DNA from: Eledone cirrhosa
Lineage: Eukaryota
Direction: 5' to 3'
Assembly: GCA_964016885.1 (NCBI GenBank)
Contig: OZ024759.1
Span: 19,964,001 to 20,028,000, forward strand
Length of the DNA: 64,000 bases
The notes beneath the pieces are model-generated. The model had not been told where the DNA came from and did not search any database. It was given only the letters and a program-made list of their open reading frames with translations. Numbering within the stretch: the stretch's first letter is position 1; every line of letters starts with the position of its first letter. Below are positions 1-12,529 of the stretch, piece after piece. The translations under genes and the position numbers were made by a program.

Positions 1-98
1 ATGTGTGTACGTCTGTATGTATATATATATATATATAAATGTATGTATGTATATATATGTATGTATATGTAGGTATGTGTATATGCATATATATGTAT

Positions 99-420
99 AT
101 CATCATCATCATACGTCCACTTTTCCCTGCTTGCAAGGGAAGGACGGGAACTGATTCTGGCTTGATTTCTACAGCTGGATGCCCTTCCTAACACCAACCT
201 CATTTACAGTGAGTGCTGGGTGCTTTTATGCCGTGGCACCTCCACGACCACTTTGCAGGGGAATGATAGGGACTCCAGTCCTATCATCTCATTTCTACAA
301 CTGAGTAAACTGGAGCAATGTGAAATAAAGTGTCTTGCTCAAGGTAACAACACATCACCCGGTCTGAGAATTGAGCTCACAACCTTTCGATTGCAAGGCC
401 AATGCTCTAACCACTAAGCC
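99..420 (-). mobile_element. tRNA-derived SINE family A, near full length, (GAT)n tail
   Basis: The minus strand has a tRNA-like head with A box (GGCTTAGTGGTTAG) and a B-box-like motif. It continues into a CCTTGAGCAAGACACTT central block and an AGGAAGGGCATCCAGC...GGACGT(GAT)n tail. Near-identical copies lie at 10470, 40988 and 49145. Confidence 0.85.
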
Positions 421-423
421 ATG

Positions 424-456
<33 letters not shown>

Positions 457-490
457 GTATATATGCATGTATGTATATATATATATGTTA

Positions 491-1100
491 TGTCAGGTCA
501 CCAGTTGGTGCTACTGGTAACATGTATCCCAGTACAACCTGTCTCATGGTCGGGTCGTTGGCGACTAAACTGGCAACCCCACCAAGGTTTCTTGGTGAGG
601 AGGGTGACTTTGGACATCCTGCAGGACTAAAAACAAAACCTGTCAAAGGTCAAAGGAGCTCTTAAGAGTCAATGGCCATCCAAAATCACCGGGAGAGATG
701 ACCCCTTAGCCTTAGTCAAGGTAGAATTCTAGGAGAAGGAAAACTCTGATATAACACCTGCAACCCTGATGGTATCCAATGATGTTGACTTGTTCTTCTT
801 TTTGGTAAATATCATCTTGGTTAAGAGAGTGGGACTGGCTTTGTGCAGTGCCTTTGCTCACTATAAAAGCTTCACGGCACAGGCATTGCTTTATATCTGG
901 AGATCTCTCTGCATTTGTCGTCACATGGTACCATGGGCCCAGCACTATGTGTCAATAATTGTCACAAGTGTAGTGTTTGTACCAGAGTTTTGAAGTCGCT
1001 GGTTAGACTAAAAAGTCACACTCGTTCAGCGTATCGGTAGGGGTTCTCCTACATGGATATAAAGTAGTGGCCGTACTCGAAAACGAGTTAGCAGCCACCA
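491..1100 (+). mobile_element. non-autonomous RTE-LINE derivative (~610 bp), copy 1
   Basis: Near-identical to 1175-1785, 50900-51509 and 60250-60636 (minus). Its 3' part encodes a C2H2 finger like the RTE ORF end at ~50190-50267, and it ends in GTACTCGAAAACGAGTTAGCAGCCACCA, similar to the RTE 3' ends at ~50697-50733 and ~51830-51860. Confidence 0.8.
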
Positions 1101-1174
1101 TATATATATATGTATGTATATACATTTATATATATATGTATATATGCATGTATGTATGTGTATATATATATATA

Positions 1175-1785
1175 TGTCAGGTCACCAGTTGGTGATACTG
1201 GTAACATGTATCTCAGTACAACCCGTCTCATGGTCGGGTCGTTGGCGACTAAACTGGCAACCCCACCAAGGTTCCTTGGTGAGGAGGGTGACTTTGGACA
1301 TCCTGCAGGACTAAAAACAAAACCTGTCAAAGGGCAAAGAAGCTCTTAAGAGTCGATGGCCATCCAAAATCACCGGGAGAGATGACCCCTTAGCCTTTGT
1401 CAAGTCAGGATTCTAGGAGAAGGAAAACTCTGATATAACACCTGCAGCCCTCATGGTATCCAATGATGTTGACTTGTTCTTCTTTTCGGTAAATATCATC
1501 TTGGTTAAGAGAGTGGGACTGGCTTTGTGCAGTGCCTTTGCTCACTATAAAAGCTTCACGGCACAGGCATTGCTTTATATCTGGAGATCTCTCTGCACTT
1601 GTCATCACATGGTACCATGGGCCCAGCACAATGTGTCAATAATTGTCACAAGTGTAGTGTTTGTACCAGAGTTTTCAAGTCGCTGGCTGGACTAAAAAGT
1701 CACATTCGTTCAGCGCATCGGTAGGGGTTCTCCTACATTGGATATAAAGTAATAGCCGTACTCGAAAACGAGTTGGCAGCCACCA
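1175..1785 (+). mobile_element. non-autonomous RTE-LINE derivative, copy 2 (tandem with copy 1)
   Basis: Direct repeat of 491-1100, separated by a TA-rich microsatellite. Positions 1653-1724 translate as [23 protein letters not shown]. Confidence 0.8.
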
Positions 1786-1789
1786 TATA

Positions 1790-1822
<33 letters not shown>

Positions 1823-1837
1823 GTATATATGCATGTA

Positions 1838-1894
<57 letters not shown>

Positions 1895-2717
1895 GTATAT
1901 ATGCATGTATGTGTGCGTCCAAACTATGCAAACATGCAACAACAGACAAAAAATGATGATGATGAAAAATTATAAATGAAACGTTAGAGAGATAGAAAGA
2001 GGTGTTAAGAGTTAATCAATTGTCCAGTCTCACACCACACCCTTCTGGTTCTTGGGTCAGTCACTCATACAGCCATGTCCAATTTGGTGAAACCATTTAA
2101 ACCAGTTTTATACCCACACCTAGATGACCTTTGTATTGGTCAGAGTTTTAGCAGTATCCACTCTGTTGCCAACATTTTAACCAGTTTTTCTTCCACACTG
2201 AAGAGGAGAACTCAATATTTTGATACTGTGTGTCCTTCTATATTAACCAAGGAGTTGAGCTATCATGGAGTTAAGGATGTGGGACAGAGAGTTATGTCCC
2301 CCTTTCTCCCATTGCCAGTCTGTGAGTATCTGTAGAAAACATGATCATAATAATAATAATAATAATGAAATATTGTGTACAGTGCTCAGGTGCACTACAA
2401 CTCATCAAAAAGTGTATGTATAGTACATAGGGTAATGTACAAACGTCAGGAAAATGAACAGTGCATGAGTCATGATATACACATGTGTGCATGTGTATGG
2501 AAGGGGTACATCATGGGAACTGCCCTTCCATGGTGGTCTGATTTAACTATTTAACCCTTTAAAGATTGGGTTGGGAAATCATGGGTAAGTGGGGAGAGTT
2601 AGTCAAAATGGGACATTTGACTGAGGTCATCAAATTTTGACAGTAAAGGTCACAGGCCGACTCCCAGCTGGAGCAGATGCTGTGGTACTGCTACTCCCAG
2701 TATTGGAACTTTTGTTG

Positions 2718-3021
2718 TTCACGGTAAAGGCTTTATCTCACATTACATTTACATTATTCTATATTTACTATAATATTTTCACAGTAAAGGCTTTATCTCA
2801 CATTACATTTACATTATTCTATATTTACTATAATATTTTCATGGTAAAGGCTTTATTTCACATAATTATCTCACATAATATCGAATCTATGAGATTTTGA
2901 TATTATTTATTTTGAGACAATACCTTAATGTCAGTATGAGCGGCCAGTTATAGCCGGTTTGAATAGAAAGAGGTGAGAAAATTCTGGCTGGATACGGCTG
3001 GTTTAAATGCTAAAGAGTTAA
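2718..3021 (+). mobile_element. TTAA MITE family 1 (piggyBac-type), 5'-truncated, with 2-3 internal 60-bp units
   Basis: Matches the full copies at 7980-8207 and 24488-24711 and ends AAATGCTAAAGAGTTAA. Confidence 0.75.
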
Positions 3022-5138
3022 ACTGGCCATATTTGGCCAGAATTCACTCACCTCTTCTGTTCAAATTGGCTGTAACTGGCCACTCATACTGAATTTAAGG
3101 TATCTCTACATAAATATTATCAAAATCTCATAGATTTGATTTTATGTAAGATAGTTATGTGAGGTAATACCTTTACCATGAAAATATTATAGTAAATATA
3201 GAGTAATGTGAGATAAAGCCTTTACTGTGAAAATATTATAGTAAATATAGAGTAATGTAAATGTAATGTGAAATAAAGCCTTTACTGTGAAAATATTATA
3301 GTAAATATAGAATAATGTAAATGTAATGTGAGATAAAGCCTTTACTGTGAAAATATTATAGTAAATATAGAGTAATGTAAATGTAATGTGAGATAAAGCC
3401 TTTACTGTGAAAATATTATAGTAAATATAGAATAATGTAAATGTAATGTGAGATAAATAAAGACTTACTGTGAAAATATTATAGTAAACATAGAATAATG
3501 TAAATGTAATGTGAAATAAAGCCTTTACTGTGAAAATATTATAGTAAATATAGAATAATGTAAATGTAATGTGAGGTAAAGCCTTTACTGTGAAAATATT
3601 ATAGTAAATATAGAGTAATGTAAATGTAAAGTGAGATAAAGCCTTTACCATGAAAATATTATAGTAAATATAGAGTAATGTAAATGTAATGTGAGATAAA
3701 GCCTTTACTGTGAAAATATTATAGTAAATATAGAGTAATGTAAATGTAATGTGAGATAAAGCCTTTACTGTGAAAATATTATAGTAAATATAGAGTAATG
3801 TAAATGTAATGTGAGATAAAGCCTTTACTGTGAAAATATTATAGTAAATATAGAATAATGTAAATGTAATGTGAGATAAAGCCTTTACCGTGAAAATATT
3901 ATAGTAAATATAGAATAATGTAAATGTAATGTGAGATAAAGCCTTTACTGTGAAAATATTATAGTAAACATAGAATAATGTAAATGTAATGTGAGATAAA
4001 GCCTTTACCGTGAAAATATTATAGTAAACATAGAATAATGTAAATGTAATGTGAGATAAAGCCTTTACTGTGAAAATATTATAGTAAATATAGAATAATG
4101 TAAATGTAATGTGAGATAAAGCCTTTACTGTGAAAATATTATAGTAAATATAGAATAATGTAAATGTAATATGAGATAAAGCCTTTACTGTGAAAATATT
4201 ATAGTAAACATAGAATAATGTAAATGTAATGTGAGATAAAGCCTTTACTGTGAAAATATTATAGTAAATATAGAATAATGTAAATGTAATGTGAGATAAA
4301 GCCTTTACTGTGAAAATATTATAGTAAACATAGAATAATGTAAATGTAATGTGAGATAAAGCCTTTACTGTGAAAATATTATAGTAAATATAGAATAATG
4401 TAAATGTAATGTGAGATAAAGCCTTTACTGTGAAAATATTATAGTAAACATAGAATAATGTAAATGTAATGTGAGATAAAGCCTTTACCGTGAAAATATT
4501 ATAGTAAACATAGAATAATGTAAATGTAATGTGAGATAAAGCCTTTACCGTGAAAATATTATAGTAAACATAGAATAGTGTAAATGTAATGTGAGATAAA
4601 GCCTTTACCGTGAAAATATTATAGTAAACATAGAATAATGTAAATGTAATGTGAGATAAAGCCTTTACCGTGAAAATATTATAGTAAACATAGAATAATG
4701 TAAATGTAATGTGAGATAAAGCCTTTACCGTGAAAATATTATAGTAAACATAGAATAATGTAAATGTAATGTGAGATAAAGCCTTTACTGTGAAAATATT
4801 ATAGTAAACATAGAATAATGTAAATGTAATGTGAGATAAAGCCTTTACCGTGAAAATATTATAGTAAACATAGAATAATGTAAATGTAATGTGAGATAAA
4901 GCCTTTACTGTGAAAATATTATAGTAAACATAGAATAATGTAAATGTAATGTGAGATAAAGCCTTTACTGTGAAAATATTATAGTAAACATAGAATAGTG
5001 TAAATGTAATGTGAGATAAAGCCTTTACTGTGAAAATATTATAGTAAATATAGAGTAATGTAAATGTAATGTGAGATAAAGCCTTTACTGTGAAAATATT
5101 ATAGTAAACATAGAGTAATGTAAATGCTAAAGGATTAA
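3022..5138 (-). mobile_element. TTAA MITE family 1 copy expanded by an internal satellite
   Basis: MITE body at 3022-3170, followed by the 60-bp array and then the MITE terminus TAAATGCTAAAGGATTAA at 5121-5138. Confidence 0.8.
3168..5127. repeat. 60-bp tandem satellite, ~32 copies
   Basis: Unit GCCTTTACTGTGAAAATATTATAGTAAAYATAGARTAATGTAAATGTAATGTGAGATAAA repeats in register line by line with only a few SNPs. Confidence 0.97.
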
Positions 5139-5207
5139 ACAGAAATATTCAGACAGATAGATCGACAGATTGACAGATTGAAAGACAGAAAGATAGTTAG
5201 ATAAATA

Positions 5208-6089
5208 CGAGGTGGCATCAAAATGTTTCGACATTGAGAGCTAGCAGTGACCTTCATACATCGGTGTGCTGAGTGACATCATTGTGTTCACTTCGCAAGT
5301 TGTGGAATTTGTGTTTTTGTTATCACGTGTAAGATGTAGCCTGTGATTTTGTCATGAACAGGAAGCGAGAACAAAGAGTGAACATGAATTTTTCATGTCA
5401 ACTTGGGAAGTCTGCTACAGAGACATTGAGCATGCTTCAGCAAGCTTATGGCGATGAGACAATGGGTCGTACACAATGTTTTGAGTGGCACAGGTATTTC
5501 AAAAGTGGAAGAACGTCCCTGGAAGGTGACGAGCAATCTGGATGACTTGCCATGAGCATCACCTCCAGAAATATGGAGAAAATTAATCAGCTTGTGCATG
5601 AGGATCATTGGAGGATAATCAATGATATTGCTGATGTGGTCTGTCTGTCGTAGGGGTCAATGCAGGCAATCCTAACGTCTGAATTGAACATGCAACATGC
5701 AACATGCAGCATGTCAATGCCAAGTTTGTTGTCCACTGCTTGTTGACCACTGAGCAGAAAGAACATTGCATCGAAATCTGTCAAGATCTCCGACAGTGTG
5801 CCACTGATGACCCATCCTTGATGTTGAGGACATTTCCAGTGACGAGAGTTGGGTTTAAGGGTATGACCCTGAAATGAAGCAGCAACCAACACAGTGGAAA
5901 AGCCCTTCATCACTACGACTGAAGAAAGCACAACAGAGCCGCTGCTGATATCAAGAGATGCTCATCATTTTCTTCAACATCCACAGTATTGTGCATTGAG
6001 AATTTGTGCCCCAGGGCCTGACCCTCAGTTGAGAGTTCTACTGCAACGTTTTGAGGCATTTGATGAAGGATGTTTGGCGAAAGCTACCG
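5208..6089 (+). mobile_element. decayed mariner (Tc1/mariner) transposon, 3'-truncated
   Basis: Starts TA|CGAGG. ORF 5354-5545 reads EQRVNMNFSCQLGKSATETLSMLQQAYGDETMGRTQCFEWHRYFKSGRTSLEGDEQSG (mariner HTH). Downstream remnants carry stops and frameshifts. Confidence 0.9.
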
Positions 6090-6260
6090 AATCTTTATCT
6101 CACATAATATTGAATCTATGGAATTTTGATATTATTTATTCAGTACAGCCGGTTTGAACAGAAAGAGGAGAGAGAATTCTGGCCGGATGTGACCGGTTTG
6201 AACAGAAAGAGTTGAGAGAGTTCTGGTCGGATACGGCCGGTTTAAATGCTAAAGGGTTAA
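6090..6260 (+). mobile_element. TTAA MITE family 1, 3' half
   Basis: Ends TTTAAATGCTAAAGGGTTAA and has an internal ~40-bp duplication. Confidence 0.75.
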
Positions 6261-6931
6261 ACTACAGGTTTATATACAGAGAAGGCCCATTCACTTGGGT
6301 CATTTTCACCACATTAATCCACCTTCCAGTGAATTTACTAGGGTGCAGTACCTCTCTCTCCATTCTCATCATCCTTCTGAAGTGGTACTTAAAGATGGGG
6401 ATGAACAAACATATAGATATCTTTCTTTATTTGCCACAGGGGCGTACAAAAAGGGGACATTACAAGACGTGACGGCAGGGGTTTTACATAAAAATAACTT
6501 TAACATTAATAAATAACAATAAACTATATATAATAAAATAACAATTGAAATCCCCAATAGGGGGGAATGTTACTGCAGGGTTGTTTTACACCCCGTGGAT
6601 AGAACAACCCTCAACACCAGGAACACGTTTTGTAGGTGTTCCCGTCTTCCCTCTGTTTATCTTCCTCAACCTACAGGTTTATATACAGAGAAGGCCCATT
6701 CACCCGGGCCATTTTCGCCACATTCACCCACCTTTCAGCGAATTTACTGGGGTGTAGCACCTCTCTCTCCACTCTCACCTTCCTTCTGAAGTGATACTTA
6801 AAGAAGGGGATAAGTTGTTGTCTGGATAGAAAGGTGCTTGCCCTCAGTCCTTTTAACCTCGTCCACCATATTACCTCTTTCACCATAGCCACCAGACAGA
6901 GGAAAACCGCCTCTCCTTCATTTTTAAACAT
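6261..6931 (-). mobile_element. L1/Tx1-like LINE ORF2 C-terminus plus 3' UTR, two tandem fragments
   Basis: 6671-6931 (minus) reads ...MVKEVIWWTRLKGL...RKVRVEREVLHPSKFAERWVNVAKMARVNGPSLYINL*. A second copy of the C-terminal segment lies at 6261-6395, and the 3' UTR ends TGTGGCAAATAAAGAAA. Confidence 0.7.
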
Positions 6932-7449
6932 ATAGATAGATGGGAAAACAGAGAGCCAGGTTGACAGTGAGACAGGTAGACAGATAGATAGATAGATTGA
7001 TATAGATTGACAGACATAAAGGTGAGTTGATGTTTATATATATAAATATATATAAATAGATAGATAGATGGGAAAACTGACAGACAGATGGGAGGGGGGG
7101 GAGAGACGGCAGACAGACAGATAAGTAGACAGAGAGATAGAGAAGAAAGTCAGGACAAAACTAATAAACAACCCACAACTTCATTATTCCACCCCCTTCA
7201 CACGCACACAGACACACACAGACACACTCACAGACACACAGACAGTCACAGATATACTCACAAATACACACAGACACACACAAACAGACACACACACAGT
7301 CACAGACACACAGACACACACACATATACAGACATACACACACGTGCAGAGAAAAATCTTCTATTATCAATTATTAATAAAGTTGCGTTCGTTTGGCAAA
7401 GTATGTTTTAATTAGATTCAATATGGAATCCTGTCTTAATTAGATCAGA

Positions 7450-7940
7450 ACTACAACAACAACAACACACCACAATGAACAACAATAATAACCAACAACA
7501 TCATCAACAATAACAATAAATAACCACAAACAAAAAACAAACATGAAGAACAACTACTACTACGAACAACAACCACCACCACCACCACCAACAACAACTA
7601 CCAACCCACCACCATCAACACCACTATCACCACCACCACCAACACCACCACCATCAACACCACCATCAACACCACCACCAACACCACCACCACCAACACC
7701 ACCACCATCACCACCACCACCACCACCACCATCAACACCACCATCAACACCACCATCAACACCACCATCAACACCACCACCAACACCACCACCATCAATA
7801 CCACCACCATCAACACCATCACCATCAACACCATCACCATCAACACCACCACCAACACCACCATCAACACCACCACCACCACCAACACTACCCCCCCCCC
7901 ACCACAAAACAACCAACAACAACAATAACATCACTACCAA
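7450..7940. repeat. (CCA/CAA)n low-complexity trinucleotide repeat
   Basis: Direct inspection. Confidence 0.9.
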
Positions 7941-7979
7941 AAGTAACTGTCTGCTGAGTTCAAATCCCGCCATGGGGAG

Positions 7980-8207
7980 TTAACCCTTTACCATTTACAT
8001 TACTCTATATTTACTATTGTATATTCACAGTAAAGGCTTACCTCACATAATTATCTCACATGATATTGAATTTATGGGATTTTGATATTATTTATTTTGA
8101 GAACAATACCTTAACATCAGTATGGGTGGCCGGTTACGGTCAGTTTGAACAGAAAGAGGGGAGATAATTCTAGCTGGATATGGCCAGTTTAAATGCTGAA
8201 GGGTTAA
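7980..8207 (+). mobile_element. TTAA MITE family 1, full length (~225 bp)
   Basis: TTAA-CCCTTTACCATTTA ... TAAATGCTGAAGGG-TTAA: TTAA target duplication plus short TIRs. Confidence 0.85.
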
Positions 8208-8239
8208 GTGATAAATATGGAGCAGCCGAGGAGATTGGA

Positions 8240-9090
8240 AATAATGGTTTCTACTTTAGACCCAAGGCCAACAGGAGAGGGGAAAAGTTGATTAAATCAA
8301 CCCCAGTGTATTACTGGTACTTTGTTTTATCAACCCCGTAAGGATGAAAGGCAAAGCTAACCTCAGCGGGATTTGAACTCCCCAGAACGCAAAGGGCCGT
8401 AACTCTATGTCACAAAGCACTGTACCTGCCAATCCACTGCCAATAATAAAAGTAATAATTGTTTCTACTTTCGGAACAAGGCCAGCAATTACCCAGTACA
8501 TTACTGGTACTTTATTTTATCGACCCTGTAAGGATGAAAGGCAAAGTTAACCTCGACGGGATTGGAACTCAGAATGGCAAGGGCCGTAACTCTATGCGTC
8601 AAAGCATGGCGTCCGACCCTCTACCGATTCTGCCAATTCAATAATGATTTCTACCATAGGCACAAGGCCAGTAATTTGGGGGGTGGGGAAAGTCGATTAA
8701 ATCAATCCCAGTGCATTACTGGTACTTTATTTTAGCGACCCCGTAAGGATGAAAGGCAAAGCTAAACGTAACAAGATTCGAAATCAGAACGTAAAGGGAT
8801 GTAACTCTGCTGCAAAGCATGTTGTGCAACCCTCAACTGATACTGCCAATAATTATAATGGTTTCTTATATAAGCACAAGGCCAGCAATTTTGGGGGGAG
8901 GGAAAAGTCGATGAAATTTACCCCAGTGCGTGACTGGTACTTTATTTTATCGACCGCGTAAGGATGAAAGGCAAAGTTAACCTCGGTGGGATTTGAACTC
9001 AGATCATAAAGGGTCGTAACTCTATGCGGCAAAGCATGGCGTCCGACCCTCCACCGATTCTGCCAATCCACCAGCCTACTGCCAATAATA
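8240..9090 (-). mobile_element. cluster of four head-to-tail copies of tRNA-derived SINE family B
   Basis: Repeated blocks GGCACAAGGCCAGC, TTACTGGTACTTTATTTTATCGACCCCGTAAGGATGAAAGGCAAAGTTAACCTCGGCGGGATTTGAACTC (B box on minus) and CTGCCAAT. Confidence 0.85.
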
Positions 9091-9437
9091 ATAAGAAGAA
9101 GAATATGCCTTCTAACAGATGTATCTATCCACACAGACGACAATATATCTTCCAAGGAAATAGAGAAACTCTCCAAATATAAAGATCTAGATATAAAGAT
9201 CTCATTCCATTTCTCTTCACACATGACCAAGCCATCTCATTCCATTTCCTTTCACAACATTTATCACTGGCTCTATTCTTCTCACCCAGTCACTTTCATC
9301 CTTCCTCAACACATGACCCAACCATCTCATTCCATAACTTTCATCACTAGCTCTATGTCTCCTCCCTATTGAGGAACCTTCTTTGTTTTAATTTTTATTG
9401 CTATCTTTCTTTTTTTACATTAAAATTTGTTTACATG

Positions 9438-9502
<65 letters not shown>

Positions 9503-10008
9503 AACACACACACACACACCAACATACACACACACCAACACACACACCAACACACACATACACACCAACACACACACACACACCAACACACACACACACC
9601 AACACACACCAACACACACCAACATACACAGACACCAACATACACACACACACCAACACACAGACAGACCAATATACACACACACAGACCAACACACACA
9701 CACACAAACCAACACACACACACACACACCAACATACACACACACCAACACACAGACCAACACCAACACACAGACCAACACACACGCACCCAACACACAC
9801 ACACCAACACACACGCACACACACACCAACACACAGACCAACACACACACACCAACACACAGACCAACACACACACACACCAACACACATACACACACCA
9901 ACACACACACACACACACCAACATACACACACACACCAACACACAGACCAACATACACACACACACCAACACACACCAACACACACACACACACACCAAC
10001 ATACACAC
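9438..10008. repeat. (CA)n-derived compound microsatellite
   Basis: Direct inspection. Confidence 0.95.
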
Positions 10009-10014
10009 TCTCTA

Positions 10015-10468
10015 TGTTTTTATCCTGTACTGTCACAATGTTTTTCTTGATGTAAACCCTCTGTGGTTAATAAAGAAATCATTATTTGAAAATGAAAATC
10101 AGGGTGGAGAGGGAAGTGCTCCTGTCCCAGCAATTTGTTGAAAGATGGGTGAGAGAGGTGAGCATGGCTCGAGTGAATGGGCCTACTCTGAGTATGCACC
10201 TGTAGATTGGAGGTGAAAGACTGGGAGAGGGCACTTGCCCTAGCAGTCAGGGTAAACCTGGCTTTTGTCGGCTTTAACCATGAGTAACCTTCAGTGGTCT
10301 CCCTGCTATTGGGGTTTTTTTCTTTGTTTTCAATTTTTTGGTTACATCTTTTGTTTTTGTTTCCTTATTTTTATACACAGAAACCCATATTTGTACCGTC
10401 CTGTACCGTCCTTAATGTATTTTTTGTCAATCCTTTGTGGTTAATAAAGAAATCATTATTAATAAATA
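10015..10468 (+). mobile_element. L1/Tx1-like 3' fragments (a 3' UTR end, then ORF2 end plus 3' UTR)
   Basis: 10090-10205 resembles the RVEREVL...RW...ARVNGP segment. TGTGGTTAATAAAGAAATCATTATT occurs twice (~10062 and ~10436). Confidence 0.65.
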
Positions 10469-10469
10469 A

Positions 10470-10805
10470 GGAGGTACATGGCTTAGTGGTTAGAGCATTG
10501 GCCTTGCAATCAAAAGGTTGTGAGTTCAATTCTCAGACTGGGTGATGTGTTGTTTCCTTGAGCAAGACACTTTATTTCACATTGCTCCAGTTTACTCAGC
10601 TGTAGAAATGAGATGATAGGGACTGGGGTCCCTATCATTCCACTGCAAAGTGGTCGTGGAGGTGCCACGGCAAAAAAGCACCCAGCACTCACTGTAAATG
10701 AGGTTGGTGTTAGGAAGGGCATCCAGCTGTAGAAATCAAGCCAGAATCAGTTCCCGTCCCACCCTTGCAAGCAGGGAAAAAGCGGACGTAAAATGAAATG
10801 ATGAA
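10470..10805 (+). mobile_element. tRNA-derived SINE family A, full length
   Basis: A box TGGCTTAGTGG, TTGCAA loop (TGC, tRNA-Ala-like), B box GAGTTCAATTC, and an internal hairpin ATGATAGGGA/TCCCTATCAT. Confidence 0.88.
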
Positions 10806-10817
10806 ATCATTATTATC

Positions 10818-11310
10818 ATGGTGGATTGGCAGTATCGGTAGAGGGTCGGACACCATGCTTTCTAGCAGAGGTTACGTACCTTTACGGACTGAGTTCAAAT
10901 CCCGCCGAGGTTAACTTTGCCTTTCATCCTTACAGGGGGTCTATAAAATAAAGTACCAGTAATGCACTGCGGTAATTGCTGGCCTTGTGCCAAAAGTAGA
11001 AACAATTATATTAGCAGTAATCGGTAGAGCATCAGACACCATGTTTGGCAGCATAGAGTCACGACCCTCTACGTTCTGAGTTCAAATCCCACTGAAGTTA
11101 ACTTTGCCTTTCATCCTTACAGTGATCAACAAAATAAAGTACCAGTAATGCACTGGGATCTGATTTAGGCACAAGGCCAACAATTTTTGGGGTGGGTGAA
11201 AGTTGATTAAATTAGACTCCAGTGCATTACTGGTACTTTTATTTTATTGTCCCCATAAAGATAAACGGCAAAGCTAACCTTGGCGGGATTTGAACTCAGA
11301 ATGTAAAGGG
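10818..11310. mobile_element. SINE family B cluster (two plus-strand copies, one minus-strand copy)
   Basis: GAGTTCAAATCCC..GTTAACTTTGCCTTTCATCCTTAC blocks at ~10890 and ~11080, with a reverse copy at 11165-11310. Confidence 0.8.
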
Positions 11311-11680
11311 ACTGAGGAAGGAAGGGGTGATTACGTCGACTGAGGAAGGAAGGGGTGATGACGTCGACTGAGGAAGGAAGGGGTGATGACGTCGACTGAG
11401 GAAGGAAGGGGTGATTACGTCGACTGAGGAAGGAAGGGGTGATGACGTCGACTGAGGATGGAAGGGGTGATTACGTCAACTGAGGAAGGAAGAGGTGATT
11501 ACGTCGACTGAGGAAGGAAGGGGTGATTACGTCGACTGAGGATGGAAGGGGTGATTACGTCAACTGAGGAAGGAAGGGGTGATTACGTCAACTGAGGAAG
11601 GAAGGGGTGATTAACATCAACTGAGGAAGGAAGGGGTGTCTAATACACACACAGCTATGTAATGACTGAGGAAGGAGGGG
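11310..11680. repeat. 28-bp minisatellite, ~12 copies
   Basis: Unit GACTGAGGAAGGAAGGGGTGATTACGTC, starting at 11310, 11338 and so on. Confidence 0.95.
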
Positions 11681-11929
11681 TTGATGAGAAACTATGGAAG
11701 TCCAGTGTTCTAAGATTCATCACAGCTGTATGTTTGTATGTTTGTATCACTTGTGTGAGTGAACTCGAAGGAACCAACCAACCAACCAACCAACAAACAT
11801 CTCTTTTTTATATTATGTATAGATATTACAATTAACCGTAATTTTTTACGGCACGGGGGAGAAGTGGGGAAGCTAGTCAACTTTAATAATAATAATAATG
11901 GTTTCATTTATTGGCCGCAAGGGCCAATA

Positions 11930-12392
11930 TATAGGGGAAATCATTAAAAATTTATTATTCTTCAAGTTTCACCTGGAAAGGAGGGTGAGGGTGGAGAGAG
12001 AAGTGCTGCCCCCCAGTACATTTGCTAAAAAGTGGGTGAATGTGGCGAGAATGGCTCGTGTGAATGGGCCTACTCTGACCATGCGCCTATAGGCTGGCTA
12101 ACTTGAGGAGAGGGGTGCTCTCCTGGGTGCCCTAGAAGCGCAGGGTGGTTCAGGATTGGTGGGGTACCCGAATCACCCCAGGGTCGTCCACCCCCTATAG
12201 GGGAATTTATTTTGTTATATTTATGCATAGTTTATTTTATATTTTTATATTTTCATTGTTAAATTAGTCTTGCCATTGTGCACTTTTACTCGACCTTATT
12301 GTAAACTCCCCACTGTCCCTGTCTTTGTACTGTCCCCTACATGTCGGTCCTTGTGGCTAATAAATGAAATCATTATTATTATTATTATTATT
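11930..12392 (+). mobile_element. L1/Tx1-like LINE 3' fragment with (ATT)n tail
   Basis: FFKFHLERRVRVEREVLPPSTFAKKWVNVARMARVNGPTLTMRL* followed by a 3' UTR ending TGTGGCTAATAAATGAAATC(ATT)n. Confidence 0.7.
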
Positions 12393-12529
12393 TAACGTAG
12401 AAACAATTATTATTATGATGATGTTTCTTTTGTTGCAGTTGTTGTCAAATGACATGTTAACATTCCCGTTGTCATAGTTACAGTTTCTCCTTACAAGTTG
12501 TGTTTCCAGAATATTTTATATATTTTATG

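Noticed and set aside
471-993. Recurrent short ORFs (YVRSPVG.., MVSNDVDL.., MLGPWYH..) present in several copies
   Set aside because: They recur only because the non-coding repeat recurs, and they show no domain signature.
10470-10545. tRNA-Ala-like gene
   Set aside because: The acceptor and anticodon stems are imperfect and the sequence continues into a multi-copy SINE body.
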